Assembly: GCA_964506635.1 (NCBI GenBank)
Contig: CAZDMI010000002.1
Coordinates: forward strand, 1-49,313
Reading direction: 5' to 3'
Origin: an uncultured Thermotogae bacterium
GTDB taxonomy: Bacteria > Bipolaricaulota > Bipolaricaulia > M55B111
DNA length: 49,313 nucleotides
Part shown: positions 26,611 to 36,224 of the stretch, piece after piece
Layout: each line of letters begins with the position of its first letter
Position numbering within the stretch: position 1 is the first letter of the stretch
Position numbers and translations under genes: made by a program
The notes under the pieces: model-generated
Seen by the model: the letters and a program-made list of their open reading frames with translations, nothing else
Told to the model about the DNA's origin: nothing
The model's database searches: none

Positions 26611-29600
26611 ATGAATAAATTCAAATCGACTCTGAAAAAACGAGCGGATAGGACTGAGGATTTATTAAAGGATCTACAGATAGGAATTTACAAAGATATT
26701 AATGAAGTCGGCACGATGGGTTTTTATAAAACCCAAGGCTTTTTAGAACCGGAAGCGGTAAGAAAGAAACAGTTTAGACGATGTAAAACCGGCTTTCAAT
26801 GGGAAAGAAATAAAGAAAAGGGCGAAAAGAACCGCCTCGGTGCCGGTGAATCAGGTGCGGATTTAACATCGGGTGCTGAACTGCCGGCAGATCTTTCTGT
26901 AGGAGATTCCGTCTGGTTTAACCTTGATTTTTCTATACCGGAAAATATGGAGGGTAAGCCGACATACCTCAAGTTTGCAGCCCGCCCTTCCGGGACTCCC
27001 AAAATGGAACTCGAACAGAGAAGACCAAACCTGGAGGCACTTTGCTATAAAAATGGGGAACCCTGGCAGGCTTTCGACCAGGGACGAGAAGAACTTTTAT
27101 TAGACAAAAACGCTCGTGCCGAGTCTTTTGATCTACTCGTAGAAGCGGGTACCACTACACTTTGGGGTGGGCTTGACGTCAATGAATTTACTCTAGAGGC
27201 CTGTGGAATTTATACACTCATACAGGAAGTCAGAGAGCTTTATCTAAATGTCAAACTACTCAATGATTTGCGAAAGGATATAGAGGAAGGGAAACCGCGC
27301 TACGATAACATCTTAAAATCTCTTAACGAAGCCAGAAAAGTCTTCCCTTTCCAGTCGGATAACAGCGAGGAACTGGCCGAAGGAGCTCGTTATGCACTTG
27401 AAAAACTAGAAGACGTCAAGGAAAGCTGCTCGGATCTGAGTGATTATAGCCTGGAAACTGTAGGTCACGCTCACATAGATACTGCCTGGCTCTGGCCATG
27501 GAGTGAAACCGTAAGAAAGACCGGCAGGACGTTCTCAAATACGTTGCAGTTGATGGAAGAGTATCCGGAACTTAAGTTTCTCCAATCTCAACCGCATCTT
27601 TACGAATTCGCGAAAAACCGTTATCCGGAAGTTTTTTCTCGAATAGAAGAAGCTGTAGAAGAAGGAAAATGGGACCCAACAGGTGCCTTCTGGGTAGAGT
27701 GCGACGTAAATATTTCCGGAGGCGAGGCTATAGCACGCCAGTACCTAATGGGTAAGAGATACTTCCGGGACGAGTTCGACGTAGACCCCAAGGTCACCTT
27801 CATCCCTGACGTATTCGGCTATCCACCTTCACTGCCATCGATAGCTCAGGCAGCCGACTGTCCTTACTTTTTCACTCAAAAATTGAGCTGGAACGAAATA
27901 AACGAGTTCCCGCATCACGCTTTTATCTGGGAAGGTATAGACGGGTCGGAGTTACTGTCACACTTTCTACCCACAAATACCTACAGTGGCAGGGCAGAAG
28001 TAGAGGAAACTAGAAAAGCAGTAAACTCCTTCTCGGAAAAAGACGAGCTAAATGAGATACCTTACTTGATTGGATGGGGAGACGGGGGAGGGGGCGTAAC
28101 CAGAGAAATGCTGGATAAAGTTGAAACAATGAACGAAATCGAGGCTTTGCCCGACATCGAGTTTTCATCACTGAAAGACTTCTTCGAAGAACTGGATGAG
28201 AAAGACGTGGATCTACCCAGGTGGGTGGGCGAACTATACCTCGAGCTTCATCGTGGTACTCTTACGACTCAGGCAGATACGAAAAAGAACAATAGAAAGG
28301 CCGAATTAGGATTAAGAGAGGCCGAAATATGGGCTACAACGGCGTCTATTCGCAAAGAAATGGGTTACCCGAGAGAAAGCCTCGAAAAGGCCTGGAAAAT
28401 TACTTTGTTCAACCAGTTTCACGATATTTTACCCGGTTCATCCGTACGGGAAGTCTATCAGGATGCGGAAAGGGATTACAGAGAAGTATTCAAAATAGTA
28501 GAGGAGGAAACCGACCGGGCCCTAAGAGACCTCACCGGAGAAGGGGATCGTGAAGTAATCAGACTGAGAAATTCGCTTTCCTGGTGGCGAGATGAAGTTG
28601 TTGTGATTGACGAACTCGAGGAGAAAGTAAACTCCCTGAAGGACGAAGATGGAAATAGTTACCCGGTTCAAGAATCTCATTTAGACGGGGAAGCACTGGT
28701 AGACGTAGCGGACCTTCCACCACTGGGTACGAAGACTTTTGAACCGTCGTCGAAATCTTCCGAGCCTGAAAATGAATTCGAGGTAAGCAAAAAGTCGTTT
28801 GAGAACTCGATGTTAAGGCTGAAATTCGACGGAGATGGCTACCTGAATTCTATCTTCGATAAAACCGAAGGAAGAGAGGTTCTCCTGGAAGAAAGAAAGG
28901 GTAACGAACTTCGCTTATACAGAGATATACCGCTGCGGGAAAGTAAAGAAGCGTGGGATCTGGACGAGGACTATTACGACGTCTGGGAAAGTTTACCCGA
29001 GGCCGAAACGAGAATACTGGAGGAAGGCCCAATGAGAGCCGTAATCTCTCAAAAAAGGGCTTTCAATGATTCGGAGATTGTCCAATACGTGATCATGTAC
29101 CGGGATTCCAGACGCGTCGATTTCAAAACGGAAGTAAACTGGTACGAGGACAACAAGCTCCTCAAAGCTCATTTCCCACTTGATCTTCAGACCGACGAAG
29201 CGACTTTCGAAACTCAGTTTGGACATTTTTCCAGGCCAACTCACGACAATACTTCCTGGGATGCGGCTGAGTTCGAAGTTGCTCAGCAAAAATGGCTCGA
29301 CCTCTCCGAGTACGGTTATGGTGTCTCGCTACTGAACGATTGCAAATACGGCGTTAGCGTTGACAGGACTGACGTGGGATTATCATTGCTCAGGGCCACT
29401 CCGTCACCTGACCCCGAAGCGGACAGGGGAGAACACACGTTTACTTACTCCCTGTTGCCTCACCAGGGGTCTTTCCAGGAAGCGGGAGTTATCGAGCAAT
29501 CCTACCAGCTGAACGTGCCCGTGGGGTCCGAAAAACTGGAGATGGATCACTCGACGTACTCTTTGATGGAAATAGAGGACCCTGGAGTAATCGTAGAAGG

Positions 29601-29823
29601 AGTCAAACGGGCCGAAGACTACGAAGACAGGTATCTGTTCAGAATTTACGAAGCTTACGGCCGGCGAACTAAGACCGCAATCAAGCCCGGCTTCTCCTTC
29701 GGTAAAGCGTTTTCCGTCAATCTCATCGAGGATATCAAAGAAGAGCTGGAGCCGACCGGGGATAAACTGGAGCTCGAATTCGACCCTTTTGAGATAAAAA
29801 GCGTTCTGATAGAACAGAAATGA
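26611..29823 (+). CDS. GH38 alpha-mannosidase, cytoplasmic
   Basis: VGHAHIDTAWLWPW, FIPDVFGY and FNQFHDILPGSS are GH38 signatures. 1070 aa with a hydrophilic N-terminus and no signal peptide. SD GGAGGT. Confidence 0.9.
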   Translation: MNKFKSTLKKRADRTEDLLKDLQIGIYKDINEVGTMGFYKTQGFLEPEAVRKKQFRRCKTGFQWERNKEKGEKNRLGAGESGADLTSGAELPADLSVGDSVWFNLDFSIPENMEGKPTYLKFAARPSGTPKMELEQRRPNLEALCYKNGEPWQAFDQGREELLLDKNARAESFDLLVEAGTTTLWGGLDVNEFTLEACGIYTLIQEVRELYLNVKLLNDLRKDIEEGKPRYDNILKSLNEARKVFPFQSDNSEELAEGARYALEKLEDVKESCSDLSDYSLETVGHAHIDTAWLWPWSETVRKTGRTFSNTLQLMEEYPELKFLQSQPHLYEFAKNRYPEVFSRIEEAVEEGKWDPTGAFWVECDVNISGGEAIARQYLMGKRYFRDEFDVDPKVTFIPDVFGYPPSLPSIAQAADCPYFFTQKLSWNEINEFPHHAFIWEGIDGSELLSHFLPTNTYSGRAEVEETRKAVNSFSEKDELNEIPYLIGWGDGGGGVTREMLDKVETMNEIEALPDIEFSSLKDFFEELDEKDVDLPRWVGELYLELHRGTLTTQADTKKNNRKAELGLREAEIWATTASIRKEMGYPRESLEKAWKITLFNQFHDILPGSSVREVYQDAERDYREVFKIVEEETDRALRDLTGEGDREVIRLRNSLSWWRDEVVVIDELEEKVNSLKDEDGNSYPVQESHLDGEALVDVADLPPLGTKTFEPSSKSSEPENEFEVSKKSFENSMLRLKFDGDGYLNSIFDKTEGREVLLEERKGNELRLYRDIPLRESKEAWDLDEDYYDVWESLPEAETRILEEGPMRAVISQKRAFNDSEIVQYVIMYRDSRRVDFKTEVNWYEDNKLLKAHFPLDLQTDEATFETQFGHFSRPTHDNTSWDAAEFEVAQQKWLDLSEYGYGVSLLNDCKYGVSVDRTDVGLSLLRATPSPDPEADRGEHTFTYSLLPHQGSFQEAGVIEQSYQLNVPVGSEKLEMDHSTYSLMEIEDPGVIVEGVKRAEDYEDRYLFRIYEAYGRRTKTAIKPGFSFGKAFSVNLIEDIKEELEPTGDKLELEFDPFEIKSVLIEQK

Positions 29824-29854
29824 CTATTAAACAGCAGTAGAACTTGCTCAACCA

Positions 29855-29913
29855 CCCGGCGGTCTACAGGGAGAGAAGTTATGAACGTAGATCGCCGGGG
29901 TTCTTCTTTGTTT
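29855..29913 (+). terminator. Rho-independent-type terminator after the GH38 gene
   Basis: CCCGGCGGTCTAC (29855-29867) pairs with GTAGATCGCCGGG (29887-29899), a 13-bp stem with one G-U. TTCTTCTTTGTTT follows. Confidence 0.5.
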
Positions 29914-29960
29914 CCAGTAGTTCCAAAGACTTTATGGGCCCGTTCTGGTTGATAAACTAG

Positions 29961-31118
29961 TTATTTGCTCTGGTTATTGGTAGCTTGTCCCGAATCACCA
30001 AGGTATCCTTGTACGTCATTAAAGGAAGAATAACCTCCCAGTCCGACTATCGCCTCTTTTTCTATGCCTTTTTCCCTCAGGGGATTTACGATATCACTCT
30101 TGAGATCGGGCACGAAACACTTGGCCAATTTGCAGGAAGGTTCCGGGTTTATACTATAATCCCCCAGATAAGCGGGAATTAATACGGTATCCCCTTTGAC
30201 AATGAGTTCTTCTCCGCCGGAATAGTCTATGGTCCCTTTTCCTTCTAAGGCGGTATAGAGATAGAATTTATCTTGATCGGAAGAAGTATGGTACTCCTCC
30301 TTAAGCCTCAACAATTCAAGGGCAAATTTCTCGCTTGCATAGCGATACTCCCTTTCGTTCCGACCCAGGTTGACTGAAACTGGAGTTATCTTGGCTTGAT
30401 CCCTGGGTACCTGTTCGACGATCATCTGGTCGATAAAGATATCGGCCGCATCCGAGCCCGTGTAAAGTTCGTATTCCTTATTGTTAATGCTCTTTTTAAC
30501 TCTTCCGGGTTCAAAAGTTACATCGGCATTTTGCTGCAATTCAAGAACTATAATCCCGTCGCCAATTGCGTGTATCCATCGGTGGGGGATTGGAATGGTA
30601 TCGCCCGGTTCTACAGGCACTTCCTGGGTAAGTTCTAGCCCTTTACCTGCACGAATTGCCTCGGCCATCTCCTCCTCGGTCACTCCATCCTTGACTCCCC
30701 AGTGGATAGTGGAATCTTCTCTAGTTTCCAGCACGTGGTATACCTCTGCCTTGCCATTATGATCCAGATGATTTGCGCGTGCGTATTCGTCGTCGGGGTG
30801 GATCTGTACCGCCAGTGTTTCGCGAGCGTCCAGAAGTTTTAGGAGGAGCGGGAAGAACATATTGAATGTATTAAAGACTTCGTCCCCGAGGAGCTTTTCT
30901 CTTAGTTCCCATATGAGCCCGCGGAGGTTTTTGTCTCTCCAATCACCGTTTTTTACTATGCTGATGTCTTTATCGTGGTCAGAAACTTCCCAGGTTTCAG
31001 CTATTTTTTTGTCTTCTGGAAGGTCTTTGTTGTACTTATTCGGGATCTTTCTCCCCCCTACACCGTAACTTCGAATTATCTCGTGGAATTTCAGCGGATA
31101 CAAATCTTTTCTATTCAT
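29961..31118 (-). CDS. Class I mannose-6-phosphate isomerase (cupin)
   Basis: ETWEVSDH, LAVQIHPDD and HAIGDG are Zn-ligand-type motifs. The ATG at 31118 (MNRKDLYPLKF) is preceded by AAGGGGGT. The 31175 start is rejected. Confidence 0.75.
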   Translation of the reverse strand: MNRKDLYPLKFHEIIRSYGVGGRKIPNKYNKDLPEDKKIAETWEVSDHDKDISIVKNGDWRDKNLRGLIWELREKLLGDEVFNTFNMFFPLLLKLLDARETLAVQIHPDDEYARANHLDHNGKAEVYHVLETREDSTIHWGVKDGVTEEEMAEAIRAGKGLELTQEVPVEPGDTIPIPHRWIHAIGDGIIVLELQQNADVTFEPGRVKKSINNKEYELYTGSDAADIFIDQMIVEQVPRDQAKITPVSVNLGRNEREYRYASEKFALELLRLKEEYHTSSDQDKFYLYTALEGKGTIDYSGGEELIVKGDTVLIPAYLGDYSINPEPSCKLAKCFVPDLKSDIVNPLREKGIEKEAIVGLGGYSSFNDVQGYLGDSGQATNNQSK

Positions 31119-31880
31119 AAATCTAATCGACCCCCTTTCAGTCTGAAATCTTACAGTCAAAGCAAACAGAGCCAACTTCTACTTTGTTGCTACAAGATAA
31201 TGATTCCGGGACTAAGAGCCGTCTCCAAATTTTTCTTCGCTTAGATGGCTAATCCAGAGCAACCAAACTCCTTAAATATCCGATCCGTTTTTGCAAATTT
31301 AGCCAAATGACTCCCTGCATCAACTATGAGTTTTGCCTGTTACTGTTACTCAAAACTTGTACCATTATGGATCTCACGTAGACGGCGGCCAACTAGGATG
31401 AGTAATGCAATTTGAGCCTGGTAAAACGCTCAATAACGGAGACAATCCTACCACTCTAAAGAAAATTATAACCATCTCTACGATAATATACGAACTGTTC
31501 TGACCAGTTATCAATGGTACTCGCTCCAATGGAGCCAATCTTAAAAAGTGTTAGGAGATAAGCAGTGGCAATACAGCTACTAGCCGAAGTTCAAATCAAT
31601 ATTGTTCATTGAAACCCTGAAAGGAGATAGCAAAAACGTGTAAATAGCCAATACTGACAACCTCTACAGCGCTTCCAAACTGGAAAAGTGATCCAAAATT
31701 TTAAGCGAGGGCATTTGATTAAGATTGTGAGACAAGTACGATAGACTACCGTGGCTTGTATTTGTTCTAGATTAAAGTTGCACTTTCTTGTCGTGTCCAA
31801 GAAGGTTAATTTTAGAAATTAGAGATAAGAACCAGTAGAAGCCATTTGAAATATTCCTTTACATTAGGAGGGTGAAGATT

Positions 31881-31952
31881 ATGGAAAAATGCATTTCTAG
31901 TTTTGCAAGAAGAAAGAGAAGCCAATTTGGAAAAACGGGTAGGTTTTTATGA
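31881..31952 (+). CDS. Candidate 23-codon upstream ORF translationally coupled to the dipeptidase gene
   Basis: Strong SD AGGAGGGTG (31867-31875) precedes the ATG at 31881. Encodes MEKCISSFARRKRSQFGKTGRFL. Its TGA (31950-31952) overlaps the dipeptidase ATG (31949) as ATGA. Confidence 0.3.
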   Translation: MEKCISSFARRKRSQFGKTGRFL

Positions 31953-33010
31953 GTTCCAGTAACCAGAATGATACTGCCGCCAGGACACACGAGACCTCAA
32001 TTGTCATTGATGCACACAACGATACCGTCTTGAGGCTGGTCGAGAAAGGACCTTTTATAACGGAAACGAGAGGAAAATTCGACAATATCGGTGATAAAAA
32101 CAAGTTTTTAGGGCCTCACTTGACCCTCTCCGAGGAATCGAAATCTTCCAGGATAGACCTTCCCAAAGCCCAAAAAGGTGGCATAAACTGTTTAATTTTC
32201 GCCTGCTGGGTTTCACCCAGGTATTCTAATCCACTCTCAAGGCTTTTTTCTTATCTAGATACTCTGGAGTCCGAAATACAAAAAACTGAAGGAATAAAGC
32301 CGGCTAAAGATTACGATGGATTACAAAATAATATTAAAAACTCGAAAATATCTGCCCTGATTTCCGTAGAAGGCGGCCTACCACTACACGAAAACCTTTC
32401 AGTTTTACGTATGTTAAACAAGCTAGGTGTAACCTCTTTAACGCTTACACACCTTCACCGAAATGCACTGGGAGACGGTTCAGCATGTGAATCCGATTCT
32501 CATTTAACCAACTTCGGCAGGGAGGTCATAAATGAGATGAACCAACTGGGGATGATCGTTGACCTAGCTCATATAAACAGAAAAGGTTTTTTCGACGCTA
32601 TTCAGGAGAGCAGCGACCCCGTAATTGTGTCTCACGCTAACGTCAATAGCTTAACCTCCCATCATCGGAATTTAACCGACAAACAACTCGTAAGATTAGC
32701 TGATAATGGCGGTGTAATTGGGTTAAGTTTTGTTTCTAATTTTCTTCAGAATAGTGAAGGAAACGAAGAGTCCACTGCTTCTATAGATGACCTACTGGAT
32801 AACGTGGATTATTTGAAGGATTTAGTGGGCATCGATCATATAGGTATTGGCTCCGATTTCGACGGAGGTGGTGAACTTTCGGATTTGCATGATATAAGCG
32901 ATTTACCCAAAATAACTAAAGGACTGGTTCAAAGGGGATATTCTTCGGGAGAGATAGAAAAAATACTTGGTGAAAACTTCATGAGGTTATTCAAAGAAGT
33001 ACTAAGTTAA
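31949..33010 (+). CDS. Membrane-dipeptidase-family (M19, renal dipeptidase-like) Zn hydrolase
   Basis: VIDAHNDT, LTLTHLHRNALGDG, VDLAHIN, VIVSHANV and IGSDFDG are M19 metal-ligand motifs. Confidence 0.85.
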   Translation: MSSSNQNDTAARTHETSIVIDAHNDTVLRLVEKGPFITETRGKFDNIGDKNKFLGPHLTLSEESKSSRIDLPKAQKGGINCLIFACWVSPRYSNPLSRLFSYLDTLESEIQKTEGIKPAKDYDGLQNNIKNSKISALISVEGGLPLHENLSVLRMLNKLGVTSLTLTHLHRNALGDGSACESDSHLTNFGREVINEMNQLGMIVDLAHINRKGFFDAIQESSDPVIVSHANVNSLTSHHRNLTDKQLVRLADNGGVIGLSFVSNFLQNSEGNEESTASIDDLLDNVDYLKDLVGIDHIGIGSDFDGGGELSDLHDISDLPKITKGLVQRGYSSGEIEKILGENFMRLFKEVLS

Positions 33011-33290
33011 ACAAGCAATTGAAACACATAAGTGTAAGTTTGAAAGAGGAAGACTGGAGACTTGAAAGTCGCATATTGAAAACTGCGAGATGTCAGCAAT
33101 TTTAGAAAGTAACCCCGATCCAGTTCTGGACTAACACGACTGGAAAGTTTTTATAGGTCTTAGATGAGTAAAAAAATGTCTTGATTTACAAGATTTGTTT
33201 TTTGATAATCAAACTAATATAATATAATAACTTTTTTTAAATATTGTTGATCCAATATGCAAGATTTTAAATTAGATGGAGGAAATCTCA

Positions 33291-34106
33291 ATGAGCGAGA
33301 AAACGAAAAAACGTGAGGGCAATTTTAACTCAATTGTAGATTCCAAGAGCAAAAGTATGAAGGTCGCGGAACAGATCATGGAAGCCATTGACGAAGGGAA
33401 TTATGAACCCGGAGACAAACTACCCTCTGAAATTAAACTGGCCGAGGAAATGGGTGTCAGTAGACCTTCTATCAGGGAGGCGTTAAGTGGACTCAATGCT
33501 GTTGGTATAGTCGAAGCAAGAAAGGGCTCCGGTACTTACGTAAGCAATCCAAGTCCAAGGAATAGCTTAGCTGGAAGGTTCTATATCAGGGAATGTGGTA
33601 CCCACGTAAGTGGCTCAGACTCTCAACAAATCTCGGACGTAGAAGCGTCTTCGGTAGGTAAGGTAGCTAATTGCTTAAAAATCATCCGCGCACGGGAAAG
33701 TTTAGAGCCCACTGCTCTGGAGTTGATAATTAACGAAGTAACGGAGGATGATTTGAACGAACTAGAAGCAATATTAAATGAATTGAAAAAATATTCAGAA
33801 AGTGCAGATCCCGAAAAATACTTGAGCGCTGATCACGATTTTCACCGACGGTTAATTGATATCAGTTCCAATGAATGGTTGTGTGAGGCGATGAAACCGC
33901 TGGTTTCGTCAATGAACCGAGAGGCCTATCGGGAATTAATACTGGACTATTATTTGACTAACAAGGACCGAATACAAAAATGTTACAGGGTCCATAAATC
34001 AATCTATGAAGCGATAGCAGAAAAAGATTACTTTGCCGCCAAGAGCGGAATGCACCACCACTGGTCGCTCGTTAAGGAAGCACTTGAGGTCCGTGATTTC
34101 AACTAA
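33291..34106 (+). CDS. GntR-family transcriptional regulator (FadR/FCD-type C-terminal domain)
   Basis: wHTH segment KLPSEIKLAEEMGVSRPSIREALSGLNAVGIVEARKGSGTYV with a helical C-terminal domain. The ATG at 33291 lies 8 nt after GGAGGA. The linker between domains is unusually long. Confidence 0.85.
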   Translation: MSEKTKKREGNFNSIVDSKSKSMKVAEQIMEAIDEGNYEPGDKLPSEIKLAEEMGVSRPSIREALSGLNAVGIVEARKGSGTYVSNPSPRNSLAGRFYIRECGTHVSGSDSQQISDVEASSVGKVANCLKIIRARESLEPTALELIINEVTEDDLNELEAILNELKKYSESADPEKYLSADHDFHRRLIDISSNEWLCEAMKPLVSSMNREAYRELILDYYLTNKDRIQKCYRVHKSIYEAIAEKDYFAAKSGMHHHWSLVKEALEVRDFN

Positions 34107-34235
34107 CGACTCAAGCTGGCACGTTCTCGCACTTACACTTTGGTTCTCTACCAAATCCGCCATTTAGGGTAGAATATAGGTTGAAAAGTTGAGTCCCTGG
34201 TTTCAATCGAGTAGTGGAAATAAAAGTTAAAAATA

Positions 34236-35657
34236 TTACATATCGACGCTCTTCCCTTTTTCTTGATAGGATGTCAATATTTCTCTCAAATTATAAACGA
34301 TATCCTGTCTTTCTAACCATAAGTTATCCTTTTCTCCCGGGTCTGCTTCCAAATTGTATAATTGACCCTCGGGCTCACCGGGTTCTGGTTCGGGGCTTTC
34401 CGGCTCCGTAAATCCTCCCGAACCCCTTTTTAGTACCATCTTCCAGGGACCTTTTCTTACCGCAAGGTGTCCCTGGCCCGACTGGTGAATGGTTGCCTCA
34501 CGTATCGGACCATCAATATCACCGTCGGATAATAGCGGGCTCATATCATAACTATCCTCTCCGGCATTTTCTGGAAGAGAGGCTCCAGTGATTCCTGCTA
34601 TAGTGGCCAGTAAGTCGCTCAAACATACGGTTTCATCCGAAGCAATACCGGCCTCAATATGTTTTGGCCATCGAGCGATGAGAGGTTCTCTGTGGCCACC
34701 ATCCCATATGTCAGCTTTCTGGCCTCTCCAGTCGCCGTTAGTTTTATGGCCATAGTATTCGGAAAAGTCATGGCCGTAAAATGAAGAAGTTCGACCCCCA
34801 TTATCGCTGGTGACTATGAATAACGTGTCATCCAGAACTCCGTATTCCTGAAGCACATTACGAACCTCCCCGACCATCCAATCAACCTGGTGCACCATGT
34901 CTCCCCTCGGCCCAGCATCACTTTTTCCTTCCAAAAAATCGGGAGGTACGCAGGGGCGGTGAGGCGCGGATGTCGGGAAGTATAGGAAGAATGGCTGGTC
35001 AGGGTTTTCTGTCAGGTGATCCGTTAAAAAATCAGTAGCTTTTTCAGTAAACCTTGGCCCAACTTCTGAGTCCTTCCAGCCTTCCACCATGGGGCCTTCT
35101 CTCTGTTGTGGATGATAAGGATCCTTTTCTACTTCAGGAATTCCAACCGTCCGGTCGTTTTCGATAAAACAATAGGGAGGCAAATCCAGAGAAGCTCGAA
35201 TCCCGAAAAAGTAATCAAATCCACGTTTACAGGGCCCACCTTTTACCGGTTTGGTAAAATCAACTTCCCCCGCATCGTCTTCTTGCCAGCCCATTCCAAG
35301 ATGCCACTTACCTATAGCGGCGGTAGCATAACCCTCGTTCTTAAGAAGCGAGGCAACAGTCATTCGGTCTTCATCTATCAGAGGGTCTTCGTAGTCGAAG
35401 ACGACCCCATCCAGGTCCGTTCTCCAGCAATATCGGCCAGTTAGAATACTATAACGCGATGGGGTACAAACTGCAGAAGACGCATGTGCATCAGTAAACC
35501 TCACGCCCTCTTCGGCCAGCTGGTCCATATTAGGAGTGGGTATTTTAGATTCTTCATTATAGCAACCCAAATCTCCATAACCCATGTCATCCGCCATCAA
35601 AAAAACTACATTTGGCTGTTCGGGCGAAAAAGACTTTTCGTTACGCCTTTCATTCAT
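34236..35657 (-). CDS. Cys-type (formylglycine) sulfatase, no signal peptide
   Basis: VVFLMADDMGYGDLGCY and CTPSRYSILTGRY (C-x-P-x-R). 473 aa with a hydrophilic N-terminus. Confidence 0.9.
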   Translation of the reverse strand: MNERRNEKSFSPEQPNVVFLMADDMGYGDLGCYNEESKIPTPNMDQLAEEGVRFTDAHASSAVCTPSRYSILTGRYCWRTDLDGVVFDYEDPLIDEDRMTVASLLKNEGYATAAIGKWHLGMGWQEDDAGEVDFTKPVKGGPCKRGFDYFFGIRASLDLPPYCFIENDRTVGIPEVEKDPYHPQQREGPMVEGWKDSEVGPRFTEKATDFLTDHLTENPDQPFFLYFPTSAPHRPCVPPDFLEGKSDAGPRGDMVHQVDWMVGEVRNVLQEYGVLDDTLFIVTSDNGGRTSSFYGHDFSEYYGHKTNGDWRGQKADIWDGGHREPLIARWPKHIEAGIASDETVCLSDLLATIAGITGASLPENAGEDSYDMSPLLSDGDIDGPIREATIHQSGQGHLAVRKGPWKMVLKRGSGGFTEPESPEPEPGEPEGQLYNLEADPGEKDNLWLERQDIVYNLREILTSYQEKGKSVDM

Positions 35658-35903
35658 ATAAAGCTGAATACCTCCTTAAGATAAAAGCTTTAGTTTTTTT
35701 CGGTAAGCAAATAGCTTTTAAAAAAACATAGTAATTTATAGAAATACTCAGAAATTTTGCTAGATATTAAGCTTTTACCCAAGAGCCGCTCTTTTGCGAC
35801 TTGATTCTTCGCAAACACAATAATATCTAAATTTAATATCTAGAATCGATTTTTAAAGAACCCGTCTAACGTATAACTATTTTTATCTGACTCACTAATT
35901 TCT

Positions 35904-36224
35904 TCAATAAGGTTCTCTCAATCTAGTCTTTAAGTCAACCCCCACGACGCCCACTTCCTGGAACCCGCCCAGCTCCATCACATGGTCGCGAACTTCTCTC
36001 TCAGGTACTCGTCCGGGACATGATTTCCGACCATCCACGAGAATACGGCGATAAAGCACGCTTCCGAGTGCATTATCAACAGCGATTTTTCCCACATACC
36101 CGTGGTCGACGAAAACTGCCAGGTAATCGGGATCGTGACCAGCGATAGTATCATACAGCTGGTTCGGGTCCAGCAGCCGATTCCCGGCACGGAAGAAATC
36201 GAGCCGGAGGCCTGAGTCAACCAA
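35904..36224 (-). CDS. Hypothetical protein at the distal end of the arg/car operon
   Basis: 106-aa acidic ORF (TTG start, weak RBS) 35 nt after the carB stop. No recognisable family. A competing 89-aa frame (35978-36247) has a better RBS but an implausible W/C-rich composition. Confidence 0.3.
   Translation of the reverse strand: MVDSGLRLDFFRAGNRLLDPNQLYDTIAGHDPDYLAVFVDHGYVGKIAVDNALGSVLYRRILVDGRKSCPGRVPEREVRDHVMELGGFQEVGVVGVDLKTRLREPY

Noticed and set aside
31585-31605. GTTCAAATC string resembling a tRNA T-loop
   Set aside because: No flanking T-stem complementarity and no acceptor or anticodon arms. I found no tRNA or rRNA anywhere in the window.
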